Below, in pieces: positions 26,192 through 36,513 of a stretch of DNA of 64,000 bases; within the stretch, counting starts at the first letter, position 1; each line of letters opens with the position of its first letter. The notes below the pieces were generated by a model, which was not told the DNA's origin, did not search any database, and was given only the letters and a program-made list of their open reading frames with translations. Position numbers and translations under genes: made by a program. Source of the DNA: Octopus vulgaris (Eukaryota); assembly GCA_951406725.2 (NCBI GenBank), contig OX597823.1:116064001-116128000 (forward strand), written 5' to 3'.

Positions 26192-26897
26192 TTGATGAGG
26201 TTGAGGATGATGATGATTATTATTATTATTATTATTTCCAATATAGTATATTGGAATACTGTATTTGTGTTTAATACATACTGAAAACTATGATTACCAA
26301 ATGGAGTAAAAAGAGAAAGAGGGAAAGAATAAAATGTACAAATTTATTTACTACATATATAAAGGACAAATAAAAACTTTAGTCTAAGCAACAATGTAAT
26401 TGATATAAATTACTTAGTTGTTGTTTGAACAAATGAGCAATAGGTTATATGGTTTTGCAACCATATTTAATGTTTGTTGTGTAAAGAAAATATTATTGTT
26501 AAACTGCATTGGAATTAATAAAGCTGATTTCAAATTATGTATATATATGTATATATATATGTATATATATGTATATATATATGCGTGTGTATATATATAT
26601 ATATATAGCATGGCTGCAGTCAAATCATTGAAACAAGTAAATGAATAAGTACATACATACATATATAAATAATGATGCAAATAAGCAAATAAACAAGCTT
26701 GGGCTATATATATATATATATATATAAATTTAATCAAAGGGCATACTAAGTATGTCTACCTGCTGGAAATAACAGTCAAAACTCAAATCACCAAAATACA
26801 CTGATAATGACTACAGAAGTTTAATCCTTCAGCAATTTAATGCATTTTGGGGGCTTGCAATCGCGTATATTATTGATGTAGAGAAGTTAATATTATA

Positions 26898-27051
26898 ATG
26901 GGGGAGGCCAGTTTATGGGGTCAACCTGGGTTTCTTGCTCATAAGAGGTTTAGCCTTACTGTGTATCTTCAGGGGCCTGAAGATATGCCTTAAGGCTAAA
27001 TCCCTTATGAGCGAGAAACCCTGGATAACCCCATAAACCGGTCTCCCTCAT
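26898..27051. repeat. ~154-bp near-perfect palindrome (foldback/MITE-like)
   Basis: The arms pair along their length around ...tatcttcagg|gg|cctgaagata... Confidence 0.85.
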
Positions 27052-27844
27052 ACACACACACATATATACACACATAAATATATAAATACAGAGAGAGAGA
27101 GAGACAACAGAGACAGAGAGAGGAATATATCATCATCATCATCATCATCATTATCATTTAATGCCCGTCTTCCTCCCTTGTTGGTCGGTGTCATTGGATT
27201 CAATGAGCTGGAGGACTGTGTCTGGTGTCTATGTCTGCTTTTGCACGGTTTCGATGGCTGGATGCTCATCCTAACACCAAACACTTTACAGAGTGTACTG
27301 GGTGCATTTTCACGATAACAGGACTTGTAAGGTTTCTGAGTTACTTGCCAAAGAAACAGAAGAAACTTTCTCAAGTGGATGAAATTGCAGTAGAGGAGGA
27401 GGTGGCTTTATGCCAGGTATTGAGTGGCTAACATCTGGCCAAAGTAGAAGGACATGAACAATCGTCTTGCTCAAGAAGAGATATGACTCCCTCACATTAT
27501 ATTGGAGTAGGTGGGAGTTGTTGGAAAGATGCTAAGAATATAAATCTATATATGTATGTGAATGTGTGTGTGTATACAAACATACATACATGCATGCATA
27601 CATACATATAATATGAAACAAATAATTCAGGAGAAAATATTTGCTAAGATATTATTGACTCTATTATTATCTAGTGTAACAATTTAAAAATGATCAATAA
27701 TATCATCATCATCATCATCATAGAACGGACGTTAAACGATGATGATGATGATGATGATGATATACACGCATATATATAAATTCAAATTCCGATGAACGTA
27801 AACAAATATACATATATATATATATATATGTTCCTCAACTTATA

Positions 27845-28100
27845 GCATCCGTTTTTCCATGCTGGCATGGGTTGAATGGCATAACAGGAACTGGTAAGGC
27901 CAGGGACCACACCAGGTTCCATACTCTGTTTTAGTTTGGTTTTTACAGCTGGATGCCCTTCCTAATGCCAACCACTCAGCAGCATGTACCAGATGCTTTT
28001 TATGTTTGTACCATCATTAGTACCTTTTATGTGGTACCAACACCAGTGCTTTTCTCATGGCACCAACACCCACACCAAAACTTTTTACATGGATCAAGCT
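27845..28100 (-). mobile_element. RTE-tail repeat
   Basis: tccgtttttccatgctggcatgggttg..cagctggatgcccttcctaatgccaacc is the reverse complement of the family tail. Confidence 0.7.
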
Positions 28101-28315
28101 TCAGTAGGATGAATGAAAAAAATTATTCCCTCCTGTGAGAAATAAATACCATTTAATGTAAGCAGTATTTAAAACAGGACCTACTAATAGGTCCTTGCCA
28201 TAGACACACTGAGATTAGGTACGTTTATACGACACACATTACCTCAGGGTCATTATGGCAAGACATAGCATTACTAGCTCTTGTTATAAATATTGTATAC
28301 ATTAAATGTTATAAA

Positions 28316-28444
28316 GGTGCAGGAGTGGCTGTGAGGTAAGAAGCTTGCTTCCAAACCACATGGTTCTGAGTTCAGTCTCACTGCGTGGCACCTAGGGTAG
28401 ATGTCTTCTACTATAGCCTCGAACTGACCAAAGCCTTGTGAGTG

Positions 28445-28502
<58 letters not shown>

Positions 28503-28696
28503 TTTGTCCCTCCACCATTGCTTGACAACCAATGTTTGTGTATTTACATCCCCCATAACTTAGCAGTTCAGCAAAAGAGACCAATAGAATAAGTACTGGT
28601 CTTACAAAGAATAAGTCCTGGGGTCGATTTGTTCAACTAAAGGACATAGCATGACCACAGTCAAATGACTGAAATAAGAAAAAAGAATAAAAGAAT
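28316..28696 (+). mobile_element. SINE family A
   Basis: tRNA-like head, gtgtcttctactatagcc, internal (TA)/(TG) tract, and tail ..cagtcaaatgactgaaa..aaaagaat. Confidence 0.85.
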
Positions 28697-28714
28697 ATAT
28701 GTATATAAATATAT

Positions 28715-29640
28715 CATCCTCATCATTATCATCCTCATCATTTAACGTCCGTTTTCCATGCTGGTATCAGCTGGATGGATTGACTGAAAATTGGTAAACC
28801 AGGGAACTGCACCAGGTTCCACTCTGATTTGGCAAGGTTTCTATGGCCGGATGCCCTACCTAATGCCAACTACTGTAGTGGGTGTTTTTTGCATACCATC
28901 GGCAAAGGTGCCATTGATCTGACACCAACATCGGCCATGGCTACAGTCTCACTTGGCTTGAAAGGGCTACACAAGCACAGTCTGTCACCAAAGGTCTCGG
29001 TCTCCTGTCACTGCCTCCATGAGGTTTAACACTTGAACAGTGCTTTTTACACATCTATTTCTTTACTACCCACAAGGGGCTAAACACAGAGAGGACAAAC
29101 GGATTAAGTTGATTATATCGACCCCAGTGTGCAACTGGTACTTATTTAATCGACCCCGAAAGGATGTAAGGTAAAGTCGACCTCGGCGGAATTTGAACTC
29201 AGAACGTAGTGGCAGACGAAATACCGCTAAGCATTTCGCCCGACGTGCTAACGTTTCTGACAGCTTGCTGCCTCTTTACATTCCACCAGCATGAGTGCCA
29301 TTCAGATGGTACTGGCATCAGTCATGACTACAATTTCACTTAACTCATCAGGTCTTCATGAGCACAGCATATTGCCCAATGTTTGAAGGGAGCTTTTAAT
29401 GGACCAGTTGCACACCACTGGCATTGGCTCTGACTACGATCTTACTTGGCTTGATGGGTCTTCTCAGGCACAGCATATCACTAGAGGTCTCAGTCATTTG
29501 TTATTGCCTCCATGAGGCCCAACGTTCAGAAACTGTGCTTCACCACCTCATCCCATGTCTTCCTGAGTCTAGCTCTTCCACAGCTTACCTCCACCATTAG
29601 AGTGCAACACTTCTTCACACAACTGTCCTCGTCCATATGC
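28715..29640 (-). mobile_element. RTE LINE 3' fragment interrupted by SINE B and bounded by a mariner
   Basis: The minus strand from 29640 to ~29540 reads HMDEDSCVKKCCTLMVEVSCGRARLRKTWDEVVKH; the (CAT)n tail is at ~28715-28740. Confidence 0.75.
29052..29274 (-). mobile_element. SINE family B
   Basis: Full-length reverse-complement match to the 54838 unit. Confidence 0.85.
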
Positions 29641-29662
29641 AATATACGTGTATATATATATA

Positions 29663-30229
29663 TTGGGTTGTCCGGAAAGTTCATGCCGATTTATAGTAGC
29701 TTACATTTCGACTTATTTTAGAACATGGTTGAGTCCATAAAATAGGATCTGACTACACCTCCATTTACAGCACAGTTTAAGCTAATCTTTTCATGTAAGA
29801 AGGTTTATGTTCCTATAACCTGTGTTAATTCTGTAACCCTTTAAAATGGAAGATAAGAAAGTTCATTTTCAGCACTTGATGCTTTGGGAACCAGACAAAA
29901 ATTGCTGCAGCTCAGCTGGGATGTGTTACCCCACCCTCCATATTCACCAGCTATTGCTACTTCGGATTTCCGCTTATTCAGTTCTCTGCAGAATAGTCTT
30001 AATGGTAAAAATTTCAATTCCTTGGATGAGGTAAAAAGATACCTTGATGAATTCTTTGCCATGAAACCACCTCAATTCTGGAAAGAGGGTATTTTCAAGT
30101 TAAAGGAAAGATGGAGACACGTTGTGCAACAAAATGGTTCATATTTGGTTGATTAAAAATGTAATGACAAGTATTTATTGACCTTTTTCTTTCCTTTAAA
30201 AATCGGCACGAACTTTCCGGACAACCCAA
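29663..30229 (+). mobile_element. Internally deleted mariner (DD34D) element
   Basis: ~30-bp TIRs ttgggttgtccggaaagttcatgccgattt / aaatcggcacgaactttccggacaacccaa with TA duplications at 29661-29662 and 30230-30231. The N-terminus MEDKKVHFQHLML is fused to the C-terminus ..WDVLPHPPYSPAIATSDFRLF..KLKERWRHVVQQNGSYLVD*. Confidence 0.92.
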
Positions 30230-31159
30230 TATTAAGCTCTTCAACAGAAGACTGAGACAATTTATACAATAAAGAGTTCAATACATTAGAATGTTTAGTA
30301 TATCATGTGTACGTTTGTATATATGTTTGCATATGCATATATGTTCGCATGTAAGTTTATACATATGTATGTACATCTAATTCTTGTGTATATATGGTTC
30401 AGGTACTTTCTTTGCAGCAGTAACTGCCAGTTTCTGACAAAAGGAATTTCTGCTCTTGTTTTAACTGAGACAGCATGAATCATGTACATTTAGTTGAATA
30501 CATGAATCTATAGATTCACGTGTGTCTGTGTGTGTGTGTGTAACACAGCAGTAGATTCAGATAGAACACTTTTGAATGTCTTCCAAATCTTTTGTTTTAC
30601 TTCATGATTAAATCTAAAAGATTGGAATCACTGTTCCAGACATTTTGACAAGGTTTAAACCAAATTGGTGCAGCTTGGCAGCTTTTAATAATTCTTTGGT
30701 ATGTCAGCTTTTGAATAATTGCAGACAAACACTGAAATGCCATCAGTATAAATGATGAACAACAATGCCATCTACAGTGATGGCCGAACAATAAAATGAT
30801 GGCACCTTATTTAAACTACCATGAAAACAATTTTCAAAACAAAATTGCTTTTACTCTCAAAAATGAATTTCATTTTGTTTTTATAATGACTGACTGGGGT
30901 CATTGAGCAACTGATTGATTGAAGTCACTCAGCAACAACAACAAATACAATAAAACCACATACCAACTGCAGAAGTTGATATTTGTGTCATAAAGATATG
31001 CCGTGTTGATACATTGTAACAACTTTTAAGTAATTATGCAAATTAAATCCCAGTTTCAAATTGTTGTGATGAGAACCATGCAGTTGTCTGCAGATGTTAC
31101 AATAAATTCTAATGAATTAATGCCAAGCATTTTATAATCTTTGTAATCTGAGACACATT

Positions 31160-31210
31160 CATGGATTCTGGATTTTCAAGCTGTGCAGGCTTGGAAAACT
31201 AGAATCCATG
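31160..31210. other. 51-nt stem-loop in otherwise unique intronic DNA
   Basis: catggattctggattttcaagct(gtgca)ggcttggaaaactagaatccatg: 23-position stem with one A-A mismatch and three G-U pairs. Confidence 0.7.
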
Positions 31211-32765
31211 GTTTTGCTGGAACCATGAATTCTAGAATAATGCACTCACACCCACATGCGTATGTTGTATGAACATCCATAATCACATATGTTTTCCATA
31301 GCAGAAGTAATACTTTTAAGAAAATTTAATTAATGAATTTCAGTTTGTGGGTGATGCACTTCTGTCTCTACATGCTTCTAATCAATTAACAAAGATCAAA
31401 GAGCTATGAGATACAACTGTGGATCATAGTTGTATAAGTGCATCTAGGCTCATGAGAGACTCTGTAAAGCTCGTCTTCTAAGCAGGATTTCTCTTGAGTC
31501 CTGTGTCTTAACCTTAACCTTTGAGCTACATTATTCTTCAAGACTGATGAGTCATAGAACTTCTTTGATCTTTATGTTGCATGAGTTTTTAAGGTGCATG
31601 AGTAAAAATAAATTGCATTAGTTTTCGAAATGCATGAACACTTGATGTACCTGAGTATTTGATTAATTGAGGCTTTAAGGTGTAATGAGTTTTGGGGAAG
31701 CATCAGTCTTTGAGCTGCATGAGCATTTAAACCTCAGTAATTTCATTGATCATTGGTCTACAAACATAACTATAGTATATTTTAACTATCCTCTTACAAA
31801 ACTGTTGAATATTATTCATTTGTGTTTGTTGCACATCACTTGTTCCTTTCATGACAACCTACTGACACAACTTATTGATATTGTTACTCATAATTTTTGA
31901 CATTTCTCGAAAGAATGAAAGAGAACTGCGTGCTTCACCTTTATTAGGCATATTCTTCTTGATGTTGATCCTTTATTCTCTCTCTTGATTTCTATCTCCA
32001 TTGGTCACTATAACTTTAGAATTGTATTAGTATTCAATTTATCAAGCTAAACAATCAGTTGAGATAGAGACTGACCAGTCCATTGACAGGATTTCCACTA
32101 CTATATCTAGACCAGACAAGAGAGTTTGGAGTGTGGTTCCTTCTGCCCACAGATGTCCATGCTTACCCGCTTAAGTACTCAGAACCATCTTCTATAGGTG
32201 TGGGGCCATGAGATTAAAAGAATGTAAGTAAATTAGATTAAAAGAACCAGATGGCAACACCAGGTGCTATAATAAACCCTTTGAAGAAGCACATATCCTC
32301 AGCTCTTACAGGCTTTCTTATCTATAATTCCTCCTCCATCATAGATACAGTCACTACATGAAAGATGGCAGTGTACCCATTAATATTCTCTACGGCAGGT
32401 TTTCCAAAAGGGAGAGGCTGCTTGTCCTGTGTTTTGCTTCAAAATACCCGTTTGTATAACTTGAAAGTGTGTAATAGCAAATGATGGCTTTGAGATACTG
32501 CTGCCATTGATTCCCTAAAGGAGAGAAATGGTGAAGGTTTGTACTGAAGCAATTACAGTAATGGTTGCTGAAGATAAGAGAGGAACAGTTAAAGGTTTCT
32601 GTTGTATTAAGTCATTGTTAATCAGTCATCTGGTCTTCTTCTGAATGTTTCTATGTATGTTTGTAGCAACATCACTGTCCAACATATGCGAGAACTCCAA
32701 TGTATTTGCATAAGTTTTGTGTGTGTATGCACGTGCATGTGCACGTGTGTGCAGCAGCAGCAGCA

Positions 32766-32968
32766 GCCATTCAAGAATTTGGACCTGGAGATCCCCATTT
32801 CCAGCGACTTCGAGGGCCACCTCCCGGTGGTTTCGGGTGTCAACGAAGAGCCCTCGACTACAACAAGACTACCAAAGTTTTTTTTTCCAAGGTCTGGGGT
32901 TTCCCGCTCCTAAGCCTTAGACCATCACCTAATCACCCTTACACATCTTGTTGCTTAACAACAACAAC
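32766..32968 (+). mobile_element. Short structured retroposon, copy 2
   Basis: Colinear with 15611-15818 from the same first base (gccattcaagaatttgg); (AAC)n tail; inserted in a (CAG)n run. Confidence 0.8.
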
Positions 32969-33404
32969 AGGAGCAGCAGCAATATTGTGCAATACATGTG
33001 GTAGGTAATACTCTAAGGTGGTTCTTATGTGAATGATGTGAAGGAGTAGTAACTAATCAGACCTGAGCTATTTCCAGGAGCTGAAGGGGGCGTCTGGAGT
33101 CTGAGATATAATTGAGACATGATGAAAGACCTGGAGGGATAGGAGTACCTGTTTTACCTCTAAATTACACACAGGTGATGTCTGAAGACAAGACTGCAAC
33201 CACAATAGACACTGTTAGACTCATTACTAGAACATGGTACATCTCTATGTCTTCTTGTAACAAGGAAGTGTTCTCACACACACACACACACACACACCAC
33301 TTCATTATTTCTACTTTGGAATGCTACTTTCTACTTAGACAAAACCATTTTCAATAATATCTATTCCTGGCCACATTCAGTTGGTCTCTAAGAGCTCTCT
33401 AAGA

Positions 33405-33437
<33 letters not shown>

Positions 33438-33458
33438 TATGTGTGTGTCTATATATAG

Positions 33459-33502
<44 letters not shown>

Positions 33503-34013
33503 TATGTGTCTCAATATGAGTGCATGCGTGTGTTTTCCTGTGGCTATGTGTGTGTGTGTGTGTGTGTGGATATATCAATCAATTAATCAATATTTATTTA
33601 TGCAATGCAAATGTGGTAAATGAAATGAAGTGCTGAACTTTTCTTAATCACATTAATCCATCAATAAGTGATTTTTCCATATTAATTTCAACGGGAATAC
33701 TTCAGCAAGTAAGGTAGGATGTCAGCTTAGGACTGCAAATCAATGCAACATATATCAGGTGTACAGATTGCCAACTACTCACTGTAGAAATTCTTACCTT
33801 TCTGCAGTGCTTATGCTTAAGTGTGTAAATTGGGCGGCCTTTATACATTGGTATGATGTGAAGGAGGAAGAATAAACAATTCGTCCATTTGATAGTAGGT
33901 AACCACCTTGTCAATATAGCAATACCATGAAAATACTATATCCACACACTATATTCACACACTCTTAGCCCATCAACATCCTGATAATATATTAATATTA
34001 TCTAGTATTTTAA

Positions 34014-34212
34014 CCCTTTTGATACCAACCCGGCCGAAACTGCCTCTGGCTCTGTAGTACAAATGTCTTGTTTTCATAAGTATTGAATTAAAATCTTCCC
34101 CCAAACCTTAGTCACAATTTATGTTCCCAACACTAGCTTAATGATGACTAAGTTATTTTACTAAATTCTTTGAATGAAACACAGAACATCTCAAAATAAA
34201 TACGGTAACGAG
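34014..34212. mobile_element. TTAA-type MITE, same family as 56688-56907 (opposite orientation)
   Basis: ttaa|cccttttgataccaacccggccgaaac...tacggtaacgag. Confidence 0.7.
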
Positions 34213-34561
34213 AAACAAGGGTAGTATTAGTACCCTGATAGTATGTTGATAACTTGATAGGGTATCTCTATATACTGCTAATACATGGACATTCTGCCAG
34301 TAGACCAATATTTTGCAGTGGTGAAGCAAGGGCTGTCTAGAAAGATAATTTAGGCATCCCCCACCCCCACCTTAATTAACAGGTATGATAAGCATGAGAA
34401 ATTAATTGCCAATGTTTTGAACTCTCTCATTCCTTACCTCACTCACTTGCACTCAAATCCTTTCTATAAATATGCATACACAAAAACAGGCAGACACACA
34501 CACACAGATATTGTACACACACATGTATATATGTGTATGTATGTATATATATATATATATA

Positions 34562-35200
34562 ACGGGAAGCTTTATGAAAATAGACAAAAGACGAAGGCAG
34601 GTGGAAAACAAATGAACAAATGTATTAGTATGGCGCTCAGGAAATATAAATAAAACAAGTCTTTAACGTTTCGAGCCTACGCTCTTCAACAGAAAGATAC
34701 ACAGAGAGAAAAAAAAACACAGAAAGAAGGAGAGAAAAAAATGCGTGCAGTAACTAACGAATCAACATGGCGACCTGATTTCGGCCAGAGGTCAAAGATC
34801 AAACATGAGACGCGAGAGCGAAATAAGGGGAGATAATAGGGTTGATAATAGGGTTGAAGGACCAGCTAATAGTGCGTAGGAGGGGTCTGGACGTGTGTAT
34901 GTATAGGGTTGGTGTATGTATTGGTATGTATAAGGGTGTGTGTGTGTGTATGAGAGAGTATTAGTGCGTAGGATTGGTCTGGACGTGCGTATGTATGGGG
35001 TTGGTGTATGTATTAGTATGTATTAGTATGTATTAGTACGTATTAGTATGTATACGTCTGTGTGTGTGTGTATGAGAGAGTATAAGTGCGTATGAGGGGT
35101 CTGGACGTGTGTATGTATAGGGTTGGTGTATGTATTAGTATGTATTAGTTGGTGTATGTATTAGTATGCCACATCATATATGATGTGATGTGTAAAGTCG
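34562..35200 (-). mobile_element. Penelope-like terminal segment with hammerhead-like motif and internal ~100-bp minisatellite
   Basis: Homologous to 6550-6698 and 6887-7030; abuts (TA)n at 34561; three repeats of agtgcgta.ga.gggtctggacgtg.gtatgta... at 34870-35165. Confidence 0.6.
34660..34697 (-). ncRNA. Minimal type-I hammerhead-like motif
   Basis: tcttt-CTGTTGA-a-gagc(gtag)gctc-GAAA-cg-TT-aaaga: perfect stems I and II, palindromic stem III. Confidence 0.65.
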
Positions 35201-35313
35201 TGTGGTGTAGTGAGGTATGTATATGTATATTTATATATGCGTGTGTATATATATGTGTATATATATATGTATATATATGTATATATGCATGTAAGTATAT
35301 ATATATAAATATA

Positions 35314-35346
<33 letters not shown>

Positions 35347-35451
35347 ATATATATATATATATATATGTGTAAGGATGAAAAGGAATACACGAGTTGATAT
35401 ATATAAAAAACAGGTCAAGATAGAAAATGCTAAAATAATTTTATAAAGAAC

Positions 35452-35497
35452 ATTTCAGTACCGGGTTCAGTCATTTTGAGACCTTTTCAACTGTAAC
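35452..35497 (-). ncRNA. Non-canonical hammerhead-like motif at the PLE 3' end
   Basis: gttacag-TTGAAAA-ggtc(tcaaaat)gact-GAAC-ccgg-TA-ctgaaat. Confidence 0.45.
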
Positions 35498-36009
35498 GAT
35501 TAAATAATTAAATTTAGAAAATTTGAAGGTTTTTTTAAAAGAATATTTGTATAGTGTTCAAATATAAGTGGCATTTTCCTTGTTTCTGCCTTGCTCTGTC
35601 TCTTGTTCACACTTGTGGGTTCCAGGTTGTTGTGAATTCTTGTTAGGGAAGAAGAAGAAGGAGGAGGAGGAGAAGGGAGGAATTTGGGAGTGCCTTGATT
35701 GCTGTATTTTGAGTGGTCAGTGGCAGCTAGCAGTTGCTGTTCAATTCATGACAATATTTCTATTGAAAGGTTTGTTTAGAGAATTTGGGTGTTATATTTT
35801 AGGTGTTATACTAAAAAGCATTAGTGATAAAGTTAGGAAGTAGAAGGGGGGGAAGAAGAAGAAGATGATGATGATGATGAAGAAGAAGAAGAAGGTGGTG
35901 GTGGTGGCGGCGGCGGCGAAGAAGAAGAAGAAGAAGAAGAAAAAGAAAGAGAAGGGAGAATATGAATGAGTGGAAGTAGTGAGGTGCTGTATGACTTAAA
36001 GTTGGCACA

Positions 36010-36513
36010 TTATGGATTATAGCTGTGATTGGGGCTGATTTGTAATGGATTCTTTGGAATGTAATATTTGCATGTGTAATTGTTTTTTTCTAAAGCCGAG
36101 GTGGTTATATCATTTGTTGTAGACCCGTTAAGAAGTGGCCTGTATTTTGTAATAAAGAGAGTTTCTTTACTTATTCGTTGTCACGAGGTTGTATCGTCCC
36201 TGAATTGGTAGAGGGGGAAAATCCTGAAGCTTGGTGTTTTGTTGTTGCCGCAAATATCTATGTGTTGGCTGAATGCTATTTTTCTGTTTTGGGGAATTTT
36301 TATCTGGGATCTGTGCAGGGCCATTCTTTTACGCAAACTATTTTTTGTTTGGCCTATGTATTGCTCTTGACACCCAGAACAGGTTAGTGTGTATATCAGG
36401 TTCTCCGAAGCACATGTGAAGTTGCTTTTCGCTGTGAACCGTTGTCCCTGTTTGAAGGAGAACTCTGATCCCTCAATTAGATAATCGCATATCCCGCAAT
36501 TGAGTCTTCCACA
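36010..36513 (-). pseudogene. PLE GIY-YIG endonuclease domain (frameshifted, one internal stop)
   Basis: After a shift at the T6 run (36514-36519) it reads CGRLNCGICDYL...FTCASENLIYTLTCSGCQEQYIGQTKNSLRKRMALHRSQI...FSQHIDIC...TTS*QRISKETLFITKYRPLLN. TGA at 36181-36183. Confidence 0.88.

Noticed and set aside
26976-27030. CTGAAGA...GAAA as a hammerhead within the palindrome (also CTGATGA at 6435)
   Set aside because: No stem II closing the core.
32800-32860. Canonical HDV-like ribozyme or SECIS in the structured retroposon
   Set aside because: A P2-like pairing and CGAA are present, but P1/P1.1/L3 geometry could not be fitted and copy 1 disrupts it; no SECIS apical AA/GA quartet is evident.
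34870-35165. Regularly spaced repeats resembling a CRISPR-like array
   Set aside because: Eukaryotic minisatellite with no unique spacers and no cas genes.
36181-36183. In-frame TGA as selenocysteine
   Set aside because: It is not at a Cys-type conserved position, no SECIS is seen, and the copy has other decay; CGA>TGA is simpler.
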